Of a stretch of DNA of 50,273 nucleotides, positions 38,868-49,053 are shown one piece after another; within the stretch, counting starts at the first letter, position 1; each line of letters opens with the position of its first letter. This DNA comes from Girardia tigrina (lineage: Eukaryota). Made by a program: the position numbers and the translations under genes. The DNA lies in NCBI GenBank assembly GCA_001938485.1, contig MQRK01238726.1, positions 1 through 50,273 of the forward strand. The letters are read 5' to 3'. Under the pieces are notes generated by a model. The model saw only the letters and a program-made list of their open reading frames with translations, was not told the origin of the DNA and made no database searches.

Positions 38868-40152
38868 CAGGGTTTTACCTCTCATTTCGTAATTGAGGAA
38901 ACGTCATTTTGTAATAAAAAAAGTTATAAAATTTCTAAAAAAAAAGATTGTAAAAGCGATTTTATATCCATAAAAATTATTTTAGAAAATTTAAGTAAAG
39001 TTTTTTGTAACATTTTAGACATCCTTAATGGCAATATCAAACGAAATGAAAAAATTAATAGTGGATGCTTACGATTCAGGCAAATCTATTAAATCGATTG
39101 CAGATATTTTTAATAAGCCATACACTACCGTAGCGATGATCATTACGGTATATAAAGAAGAAGGCCGTTATGAGAAAAATTTAAAAGGTGGTCAAAGGAA
39201 AAAAGCATTAAATTCAGAGCAAGCAGCATTTATTAAGACATGTATTGATGATGACTGCTGCATCATCTTAAAAGAATTAAAGCGAAAAATTACCGAAAAA
39301 TATAATAAAACTGTAAGTGAAAAAACTATCGGTAAATGTATTAAAGATTTCTCATAAACTTTAAAAAGAGTGACACTTATACCTGCGCGAAGAAATAATC
39401 CAGAGGTTGTTGATCAAAGACAAAAATACACAGGAAGTTTTTATGAAATACTCACTCAATCAGATCCGAAGAATATAATATTCATTGTCGAAGTGGGTTT
39501 TAATGTGATAATGAGGAATAAGATTGGGCGCTCATTGAAAGGAACACCTGCAAGTTATATTGTGCCAGGTATGAGATCTAAGAATATTTAAGTCTGTTGT
39601 GTCATGAATAAGCATGGTATTTTAAAATATTTAGTTCAAGATAAGCCCTTTGAAAACAGAAGTTTTTGCATATCTATTTGAAGAAATTTTAGATCACAAC
39701 GCCGTAAGAGTAATGGATAACGCATCTTTCCATAAGCATACCAATATCAAAGAAATTTTTAACAATTCATCAAACAAGCTTGTTTTTCTTCCACCATACT
39801 CTCCGTTCTTGAATCCTATCGAGAATATGTTTGCAAAGTGGAAATTACTAGTTGCAGAATCTCGTCCTAATAATGAAGAGCAATTATTGAATACTATGAG
39901 GAATGTTTCTAGTCTAATAAGTGAGGTGAATTGCAATGGTTATTATAGCAATATGATGACATTTTTGCCAAAATGTCTGCGTTCAGAACCAATTATTGAT
40001 GGAAACTAAATAAATATTTTATAACAAGTATTGTGACTTTGTTATTTTATGTTAAAATTTTATGAAGTTTATAAATGAATAATTGGACTTTTTTTTGGTT
40101 TTTTATTACGAAATGACGTTTCCTCAATTACGAAATGAGAGGTAAAACCCTG
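38868..40152 (+). mobile_element. IS630-like/Gambol-like DD34E transposon with ~54-bp TIRs, pseudogenised
   Basis: TA|cagggttttacctctcatttcgtaattgaggaaacgtcattt...ccctg|TA; MDNASFH-(34 aa)-E in LPPYSPFLNPIE; first D mutated (IVEVGFN); in-frame stops. Confidence 0.93.
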
Positions 40153-40166
40153 TATATATATATATG

Positions 40167-40745
40167 TTAAAACGATGATTACATAATCAATTGTGCAATT
40201 GCAGTTTCACGCAAAAACTTTCAACAAAGTTGATGATTCACTTAATTGGACATTAATTGCTGGATTAACCGCTTTAATCATTAATGCCTCACACGAGACT
40301 CTTTCACAATAATTTTTAAAATTGCCGCATAAAACTTTAAAATTATTTAATTCAACCGACGATTTACAATGTTTTTTATGTTATGTTTTTAATATTACTA
40401 CTACCACTGAGATGTCCATGCTTACGGACCTGTTTACACAGATGACAGACTGTCTCTCCAGTGTATGTGGCGTTGCACCCATTACACTCAAATTTATACA
40501 CAAGATCCGAGCATAAACTCAAAGGAATTTTCGATTTATTACTGGACATATTCTGAATTTTATATGTTTTTGATACAATTTTGAAATTCAAATTCGTAGT
40601 ATTAACTGATCTTAGAAAAGAAGATTTGAATTTTTTAAAACCTTCAGAACAAGGAACAGTTAATGTGTAACCGCAATTAAGTCCCTCATTCGTTCTTCTG
40701 TCAGGTTTCAAATCATCCTTTCCTTCAATTATTTTACCTTAATGT
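40167..40745 (-). mobile_element. Penelope-like retroelement 3' fragment (GIY-YIG endonuclease)
   Basis: LVYKFECNGCNATYTGET..L..Q..KH and downstream EALMIKAVNPAINVQ. Confidence 0.85.
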
Positions 40746-41184
40746 GTAAGTTTTGTTTTCTTTGTGATCTAAAATATCACTTTTTAACTCTTATCGTTCG
40801 TTTTATTAATAAATATTATTATTTTTAGTTGATAGGATGTCGAAGGCGTCTGGTAACCTATGATCTGACAGACACAGATTGTTTCTTCACGAGCCAGAGT
40901 ACCGCCCAGATAGTTCAGAGAATATGAAATTGTCACGGGAGCGTGAAATGACCATGAATAAATATGAGCCTTGTTTAAGGAATCTCCCTAGGTGTAACTT
41001 TGATTTATAAAATATTTTCAGCATCGAATTTGTTTTCTGTTGGATCACTTACGCTTACGCCAACATTTGATATTTTAGATAATCTGCACATGATCGTACT
41101 GTATTTGCTTCAAAATAATTAATTAAAATATTTTAAATCAATTATTAAAAAAAATAAAAGTATATAATCAATATAAAATTTCAC

Positions 41185-41322
41185 CAATCCAAAATCTCGT
41201 CGCGTCAGTTTATTCTCCTTCGCTTCGCTGTAACTCATCTTCAAAATCGGCGACAATTTCGTTTTCATTTCCTCAGGAAACCGATTAACGATTTCACTGA
41301 ACGATTTGATCGATAAATGTAC
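41185..41322 (-). CDS. EFCAB5: EFCAB5-like exon (138 nt, phase 0/0): VHLSIKSFSEIVNRFPEEMKTK...DFGL
   Basis: tag|GTACAT...GGATTG|gtgaaa; open 46 codons; missed by the ORF track; phase fits the next exon. Confidence 0.75.
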
Positions 41323-41530
41323 CTACATGAATATCGATTATCATGTATCAAAGTAATTTATTTGACTTCAGCTAAAAGAATAATGAAAATTAAATGATAG
41401 AAAGGAAAATAATTAATTTGAGACTCCACTGTTTCGAAAAAAACTGATACTGGATTACATACAAGCCCAAGTAGTTTTAGTAAATTGGAAGAGTAAATGA
41501 GTAAAATTTGTAATGTAAATTTAAATAATA

Positions 41531-43136
41531 CCGTGCGATTCAAGATATGGAACTATACTGCGATGTAATTTAAAACTTTTTGAATATGATATAAATGTAT
41601 TACGACATGGTTTTTTACGCAGTACAACTTGAAGACATGAAAAGAAAAAGGTTTTACAATAATTGTTCACCATTTTTCTGCAAACACAGATTGCATCGCT
41701 CCACAAAATTCGTGTAGCATTTTTGAATGATGCGGTGATCGATGTCTGACTCGACCTTTTCTCTTATAAAGCAAAGAAAAGCTATGGTTTTCTGCAGACT
41801 TTCATATTCAATTATATTCCTTTGATTGTTTACGGCCTATTGATTGATTATCCGGTTATTCAATATCTATGAAATTGAAATTTTAAATGTCTGATATTGT
41901 TTTGTGTACTTTAACTTTTATTCAAATGAACCAACTGCCAGTACAATGGCTGAAGCAAGTGGAAATGTCGAATTTCCTAGGAAAGATAAAGTTTTCATCA
42001 CTAGTCATGCAATTGTTTATGAAAGCTGCACAAAAGCGTGTCAAATTTATAAAGAGCGTTTCAAACGTGAACCGTCACCGAGAACAACGATTCAGCATTG
42101 GAAGAAGAAATTCGAAGAAACGGGGAATTTCTCAACAAAACCGGGATCAGGAAGACCATCAGATGAACACATGAAGGAAAGTGTTGCTCAGTATGTGAAA
42201 GAAAACGATACTGCAAATCAACGACGGGTTGCACGTAGTCCTTGGTACTTCACAGAGTTCTGTTCATCGTTACCTCAAGCATGAAAAGGTAAAGCCTTTC
42301 AAGTTTTCTTTTCAACAAGAGTTAACAGAAGATGACCCAGATAGAAGAATTGAATTTTGTTCTTGGATAATCAATGAAAATGGTACCAATTTTTGCAGAA
42401 GAATTTTTTTTTCTGATGAGGCATCGTTTTGTCTTAATGGTCATGTGCGAAAGCATAATCTTTTTTATTATTCTGAAGAGAATGAACATCGTTTGATTCG
42501 TGTGCCTATGAAATCGCCGGGATTAACTGTTTGGGCAGCTGTTTCCTACAACCTTGGAATAACTTTCAGTATTATCCGTGAAACAATGAACCAGGTACGA
42601 TATGTCGACGTTCTGAATCAAAAGTTGCTGCCTTTTGTTGGGGATAACACACAACACTGGTATCAACATGATGGCGCACCCCCGCATTTCAGAATTGCAG
42701 CGCGAACGTGGCTGGATGAACATTTCCCACAAAGATGGATTGGTCGTAGAGGACCCCAGGAATGGCCACCACGGTCTCCCGATTTGACGATACCTGACTT
42801 CTGGTTATGGAGTTACGTCAAAGATCGAGTTTACGCCATCGAAAATAACTATCTGAACCTCGACGAACTACAAGGCGCCATTTCAAGAGTGCTGTCAGAC
42901 ATCGATCTCCGCATCATTCAAAAATGCTACATGAATTTTGTGGAGCGATGCAATCTGTGTTTGTAGAAAAATGGTGAACATTTTGAACAATTATTGTAAA
43001 ACCTTTTTCTTTTCATGCCTTCAAGTTGTACTCCGTAAAAACCATCTCGAAATACATTTATATCATATTCAAAAAGTTTTACATTACATCGCAGTATAGT
43101 TCCATATCTTGAGACGACGACTTATGAATCGCACGG
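41531..43136 (+). mobile_element. rosa/VS-family DD41D transposon with long (~220-240 bp) TIRs; transposase 41946-42999 with a frameshift and one stop
   Basis: FSDEASF, HDGAPPH-(41 aa)-D in WPPRSPDLTIPD; TA|ccgtgcgattca...tgaatcgcacgg|TA. Confidence 0.93.
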
Positions 43137-43498
43137 TATTTTATTTTGAAAGTTATTCAAAAAACAGCCATTTTGGCATCTTCAGCGTAATGAAAGAAAT
43201 TGATAAATTACTATTTATATAGTTGAAAAATTATTGTGTAATGAGTCTCAAAGACATGCTTTAAAAATATTTTAATATTATTTCAAAAATTCAAGTCTTT
43301 TATATTTCATTTAAAAAACATTAATATGACTGAATGAATTACCTTGCATGTTTAAGAATGATTTACAATGCTTAATTAACAATGCTTCGACAATAATCTT
43401 CGCATAATTTGTGAAAAATTATTTAAAATTACTTTAAAATCTTTATAATAATCAAAATAATTACCCTAGAATTTTTAATATGGCTCAAAATCGAACTA

Positions 43499-43584
43499 AA
43501 GTGTTAACTCATTTATCCGTGAACTGTCCTATCCGCCACGTTTTTGAAAATCCCAGTTTTTGGCGGATAAGAGAGTAAACACTG
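43499..43584. mobile_element. 86-bp pogo/Tigger-like mini-MITE
   Basis: TA|aagtgttaactcatttatccg ... cggataagagagtaaacactg|TA imperfect TIRs. Confidence 0.55.
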
Positions 43585-43589
43585 TATAT

Positions 43590-43826
43590 GCAAACACATT
43601 GTAACGGTTAGCATGGATACCTTCGAAGCATTTGATATGGGATCAACTCCTGGCGATCGCACATTATTGGGACTGAGATATGGGCTTATATGAGTATATA
43701 TTTCTCAACTTCTCAATGCGTCCTCGTCGCGGTCCTGGATAACCAACTAAACTCGAGAAGGGGTGCCTCTCAGCAAGGGCTTGCAATCTATGAGTTGGTA
43801 CCTTAAAATCCATTGCAACGAAAAAT
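43590..43826 (+). mobile_element. tRNA-Gly(TCC)-derived SINE (pseudo-tRNA head ~43590-43661 plus GC-richer body)
   Basis: ggttagcatggataccttcgaagcatttgatatgggatcaactcctggcgatcgca aligns by eye to eukaryotic tRNA-Gly-TCC (GGTTAGCATAGCTGCCTTCCAAGCAGTTGACCCGGGTTCGATTCCCGGCCAACGCA); B-box degenerate. Confidence 0.65.
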
Positions 43827-45597
43827 CTACAGCTATTAATCTTTTGAAAAACCGAAATTTAAAAAGAATTTGAGAAGTTTCCTGGGAATTTGTAACTATT
43901 ATAGAAGATTCATCAAAGACAATGCAACGAAATCAAAGACATTAGAACAATTGTGTGGATTAGACAAGAAATTATTATGGGCAGAGGCGTGTGATACAAC
44001 ATTTGCTGAGATGAAGGAAGCCTTGACAACACCCCCAATTCTTGGATTCCCAGACGTGGAGAAGGAATTTATTCTAGATACAGACGCTAGTTTTGATACC
44101 ATCGGAGCGGTACTGTCACAGAAGGATAGAAATGGCCATGAGAGAGTCATTGCATATGGGTCACACTCAATAAGTAATCATGAGAAAGGTAACTGCATAA
44201 CAAGAAAGAAGTTATTAGCAAAGTTATTTTGTCAACATTAGAACCATATTTTGTGCGGAAAGAGATTCATTCTGCGGACAGATGACAAGGCAATTATATT
44301 CATGCTGAAGACAAAGAAACCGATTACAGCGCAATTTCAGACGTGGATAAACTATTTATCAAGTCTTGATATACAGCTAGAATACAGAAAAGGAATAAAC
44401 CATTCGAACGCAGATATGTTATCCCGGAACAAGTGTGATACGTGTACACAATGTTTAATGGTACACGAAGCGGCAAAGACGCAGAAAATCAAGATGCGAA
44501 GGATAAACGTAATAGATATCACAGATATACAGTGAAGGACAAAAGTATTTGCTCAGATGTATTTTTAACATATTTATGAAATATAAAATAAATATGTGTT
44601 TCTATTCTGTGTTTTGTCAATGATGTTTTCCCAATATCCCATTTATCAGCCATGAATACTGATGCTAGAATCTTCATTAATTGCCCGTCAATTTGCTTGG
44701 AGAAGACCTGGAGAACTTCTTAAACCAAAACATGTGAAGCAAACAGTCAAGCATGATGACTCTGTTATGAATTGGGGATGTTTCAGTTCAGCTGGTGTTG
44801 GTGATATACATATAATCGAAGGTATAATGAATGCCAATATGTATATCAGAATGCTTTCTCAGCATATGATTCCATCATCAGCTCGTTTATTTAAAGAGGA
44901 TTACATATTCCAGCATGATAATGATCCAAAGCACACAGCTAAGGAGGTGAAAGAGTATCTCACCAGAAAAAATATTGTACTTTTAGACTGGTCAAGCCAA
45001 AGTCCGGATCTAAACCCAATTGAAAACCTTTGGTTCAAGCTTAAGACCTTGATTAAATCAGAGGAAATAAAAAAAATCAAATTTAATTGAATGTATTAAA
45101 ACATGCTGAAAAAAATAAATAATGAGTATTGTAATTCGCTTATTGAGTCTATGCCACGTAGAATGGACCAATTAGTTAAAAACAAGAGCTTATGGACAAG
45201 TGTTTTTATGTCTTTTAAATAAATAAATCTTTCTGAGCAAATACTTTTGTCCATCGACTTTTCGAATTTTTCTTGTTTAATAAATAAAAATTAACCAAAA
45301 TTAAAATTAAGCATATCAAATACATGTAGACGAGAACGAGAATTAAGAATATATTTATTTTTATGTTTTTGTGATTTTATATTTCATAAATATGTTAAAA
45401 ATACATCTGAGCAAATACTTTTGTCCTTCACTGTATATATAAATGTTAAGAAGGAGTCAGAAGAAGATGAACATAATACATGTAAAAATAAAAACCTTGT
45501 AATTATAGATGGTATAATAAAGACGAACAAAGGAGAAATTTGGATACCGGAATCAAACAGAGAAGAAATAATTATGCAGATACAAAAGTTAGTGTGA
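43826..45597 (+). mobile_element. Gypsy RNase H-linker fragment, same family as 1-1875, split by a Tc1 insertion
   Basis: FLGICNYYRRFIKD, LDTDASFDTIGAVLSQ, NADMLSR; resumes after 45435 as IDGIIKTNKGEIWIPESNREEIIMQI. Confidence 0.92.
44530..45433 (+). mobile_element. Tc1 DD34E element of IR/DR type, internally deleted, nested in Gypsy
   Basis: TA|cagtgaaggacaaaagtatttgctcagatg...cactg|TA; FQHDNDPKH, QSPDLNPIENLW; inner direct repeat tctgagcaaatacttttgtcc at 45232-45252. Confidence 0.93.
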
Positions 45598-46344
45598 GGA
45601 ATATTTTAAATTGTTTGAATGTGTAAATGTATGGATGCTGTATGTTGATTTGAGTATGTTGAATTTAGAATGGTGATTCTCCCACCCAGATGGAAATTGA
45701 TTTTTTTTATTAAAGTTAAAGGATTGACTATTCGAACATAATTAAAATAATCATTTTATAAGTTCATATTTTTAATTTCACAATTAAAATTAAGTTTAAT
45801 AATTTTTTAGTAAAATTTAAATTAAATGCATTTTTAATAATTTGATGACATTTTTATTATTTTGTGATTTATTGAAAAATGATAAAAATTAATATTTTTA
45901 AATAATATTTTTTAGAGGTTAAATATTTTAAAAAATTATTTAGAAAAATTGTTCGAATAATCATGATTAAAAACAGAAATAAGAAAACCAATTAGAATGA
46001 TGACAAACGATGAAAGACTTTCTGAGAGTCATAATGACTCTAAATGTAATTGCAATAAAGATTTAAACGAGACTTGTCTAAATGTTCTTAATAGTATACT
46101 ACAGTGGTACACAAAAAAGAGTAAACAAAAATATATCGAAAGCAATATATCGATATATTGTTGCCATCCCTACTCAAGCAGTTTGAATGAGATTTGACAA
46201 TTTAATAAAGCATAGTGTGTATCATAGCCTGTAAGCTATATTTTAGTTATTGCATCAAACAACATTCACCAAAGTGACTTTATCTGTTCAGAGTAAAGAA
46301 ATTCGATTGATATTCCTTTTTTTGTATACAGTATACTACTCAAC

Positions 46345-46398
46345 ATTTTGGGGCCCCTAGGCCATGGCCTAGTCGGCCTACTTGTAAATCCGGCCCTG
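46345..46398. mobile_element. Isolated hAT (Tip100/MER45-like) terminus
   Basis: GC-rich island ending aatccggccctg (reverse complement CAGGGCCGGATT) with ggggcccc and taggccatggccta palindromes. Confidence 0.5.
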
Positions 46399-46573
46399 AA
46401 AATAACTTTTTAAAATCAATTAAAGATATTTTAACGATAATTCTTTAGAAAAACTTTTGATTTTAGATATTTTCTTATTTTAGAAATTATTTATAAAAAT
46501 TATTTATTCCAAAACTTCTAAGAGTGCGCTGCCCGGAACAACGATGATGAGTATCAAAGAATGGTAAAAAATA

Positions 46574-47082
46574 TTAGGTTGGTCGAAAAATAATGGCGGT
46601 TTTGGGACACAAACTTCAAAGACGTGCAAATTCACAGAAACAAAAGTTTATTAATCAAAGTATGAACCGTTGGCATCAATACATTTTTGCCAAACGAGAA
46701 ACAAGTTGTTTTATCCATCAGCATAAAATGCATCGGTTCTCAAAGCGACGAATTCTTGGAAGGCATTTTGAGCATCATTTTGGTTTTTGAAAATTTTTTC
46801 ACGTAGGAAGTTGAACAAATGCCTGAAAAAGTAGAAGTCCGTTGGCGAGAGGTCTGGTGAATATGGTGGATGAGGCAGGGTTTCATAGCCCAACTAATTA
46901 AGCTTTTGAAGAGTCACTTTTGAAATATGAGGTCTAGCGTTATCATGAAGAAGGATGGGACTCTTTCGATTGACCAATCCCGGACAAAGGGTTTTCAATT
47001 TTTATGCATTTCATCAGTTTCATGACAGTACCTCTCCGCTGTGATTGTTTCACCTGGATTCAAGAAACTATAGTGGATGATT
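46574..47082 (-). mobile_element. Cecropia-type mariner 3' half running into N-gap
   Basis: HDNARPH, HPPYSPDLSPTDFYFF; first ~116 bp identical to 13285-13400. Confidence 0.92.
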
Positions 47083-47929
47083 NNNNNNNNNNNNNNNNNN
47101 NNNNNNNNNNNNNNNNNNNNNNNNNNNNNNNNNNNNNNNNNNNNNNNNNNNNNNNNNNNNNNNNNNNNNNNNNNNNNNNNNNNNNNNNNNNNNNNNNNNN
47201 NNNNNNNNNNNNNNNNNNNNNNNNNNNNNNNNNNNNNNNNNNNNNNNNNNNNNNNNNNNNNNNNNNNNNNNNNNNNNNNNNNNNNNNNNNNNNNNNNNNN
47301 NNNNNNNNNNNNNNNNNNNNNNNNNNNNNNNNNNNNNNNNNNNNNNNNNNNNNNNNNNNNNNNNNNNNNNNNNNNNNNNNNNNNNNNNNNNNNNNNNNNN
47401 NNNNNNNNNNNNNNNNNNNNNNNNNNNNNNNNNNNNNNNNNNNNNNNNNNNNNNNNNNNNNNNNNNNNNNNNNNNNNNNNNNNNNNNNNNNNNNNNNNNN
47501 NNNNNNNNNNNNNNNNNNNNNNNNNNNNNNNNNNNNNNNNNNNNNNNNNNNNNNNNNNNNNNNNNNNNNNNNNNNNNNNNNNNNNNNNNNNNNNNNNNNN
47601 NNNNNNNNNNNNNNNNNNNNNNNNNNNNNNNNNNNNNNNNNNNNNNNNNNNNNNNNNNNNNNNNNNNNNNNNNNNNNNNNNNNNNNNNNNNNNNNNNNNN
47701 NNNNNNNNNNNNNNNNNNNNNNNNNNNNNNNNNNNNNNNNNNNNNNNNNNNNNNNNNNNNNNNNNNNNNNNNNNNNNNNNNNNNNNNNNNNNNNNNNNNN
47801 NNNNNNNNNNNNNNNNNNNNNNNNNNNNNNNNNNNNNNNNNNNNNNNNNNNNNNNNNNNNNNNNNNNNNNNNNNNNNNNNNNNNNNNNNNNNNNNNNNNN
47901 NNNNNNNNNNNNNNNNNNNNNNNNNNNNN

Positions 47930-48546
47930 TCTCGTTCTTCGCGTTTCGATTTTGCGGACGCTTTGATCTTGGCCAATTTATTGTCGCTCAAATGGAAGAT
48001 CTCGACCTTTAGTTCCTCGGCCACCTGTCGCAATCCTCGTACATATGGCGATGCTTCATTGAAATTGGCGAACAATGGATTGTTTCTCATTAAATATTGA
48101 GCGAGAAAATTGATTGGATTGAAGTTGTAATCGATTTCTTTCCCAATCAATCCCTTCCGATCAGCTTCAATCAGCAGTTTCTCCAGTCCCAACACGACCA
48201 CCGGCACGATTTTGTCGATTACATAAGCTCGCGCGTCGATTGTCAGTTTCTCTTTGTTGAGAAACTCTTTCGTGATTACATCGATTGGGACTTTTCGCAG
48301 CAGTTTCATAATTTCCGCTTTGAATGAGCGCTGTTTTTCGCGGAGAGTTTTTTGTGATGTAATCAATTGATCGAACATTTCCCGTTCGTGTTTGATCTTC
48401 CACTGGCGCACGGGATCTTTACTCTCGCCTCGAAGGAAATCGGGAACAGCTGATCCGATTGTGAAATCTGACGATTTACCGCCATACGTTTCGATCGGTT
48501 TGCTCGAAGAGACGTATGGCGTATAGAGAGTCTCACCTTCGGTTTC
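47930..48546 (-). CDS. EFCAB5: EFCAB5-like exon 1 as visible (N-terminal Dpy-30/RIIa-like dimerisation-docking region); 3' end in N-gap, start codon uncertain
   Basis: Translation ...IDARAYVIDKIVPVVVLGLEKLLIEADRKGL...FNPINFLAQYLMRNNP resembles the EFCAB5 N-terminal motif from memory. The frame is open from a CAG acceptor (AG at 48548-48547); an in-frame TGA lies at 48567-48565. Confidence 0.85.
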
Positions 48547-48954
48547 CTGCGGAATCGGTGAAAATCATTTAAGGGTATACGCAAAAATAAACAAAATTTG
48601 TTCCATTGAGTTTTCTCTTCGTTTTTTCAGGATTGTTTCAGGTACTAAATAAAATAATTGTGTCAACATTGGATTTGTTTATCTCAAGCCAATATCGAAA
48701 TTTAAAAAATATTCTATTTTTTGATAGAGAAATAGAAATTTAATAATAAATAAGAGTAAAACGCATCAAAAATTTTTTTATGATTTTAAGATTGAAAGCA
48801 GATTTTAGATAACTAGTAAATCAAAAAATTAAAATTTTTATATCTATTCTTTATGGAAATAGAACTCTACTTTACCAACAAAGTTTTTAAAATTTAAAAA
48901 ATTTAAATTGTAAAAAATTTTGATTAAAAAAACAAAATTTTGATTTTAACCAAT

Positions 48955-49053
48955 TTTACAGTAGTTTTATGTTGTACTGCTGATGGAGCTAAATGTGAGC
49001 CAATGGTAATATTCAAACGGAAAACAATGCCAAAAGGAAATTTTCCAAAAGGT
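48955..49053 (+). mobile_element. pogo (POGK-like) transposase micro-fragment
   Basis: FTVVLCCTADGAKCEPMVIFKRKTMPKGNFPKG, a typical DDE_1 motif. Confidence 0.75.

Noticed and set aside
40838-41064. Possible solo LTR (TGT...ACA with AATAAA)
   Set aside because: No TSD and weak terminal repeats; not supportable.
43590-43661. Functional tRNA-Gly gene
   Set aside because: The acceptor stem, anticodon loop and T-loop are degenerate; treated as a SINE head or pseudogene.
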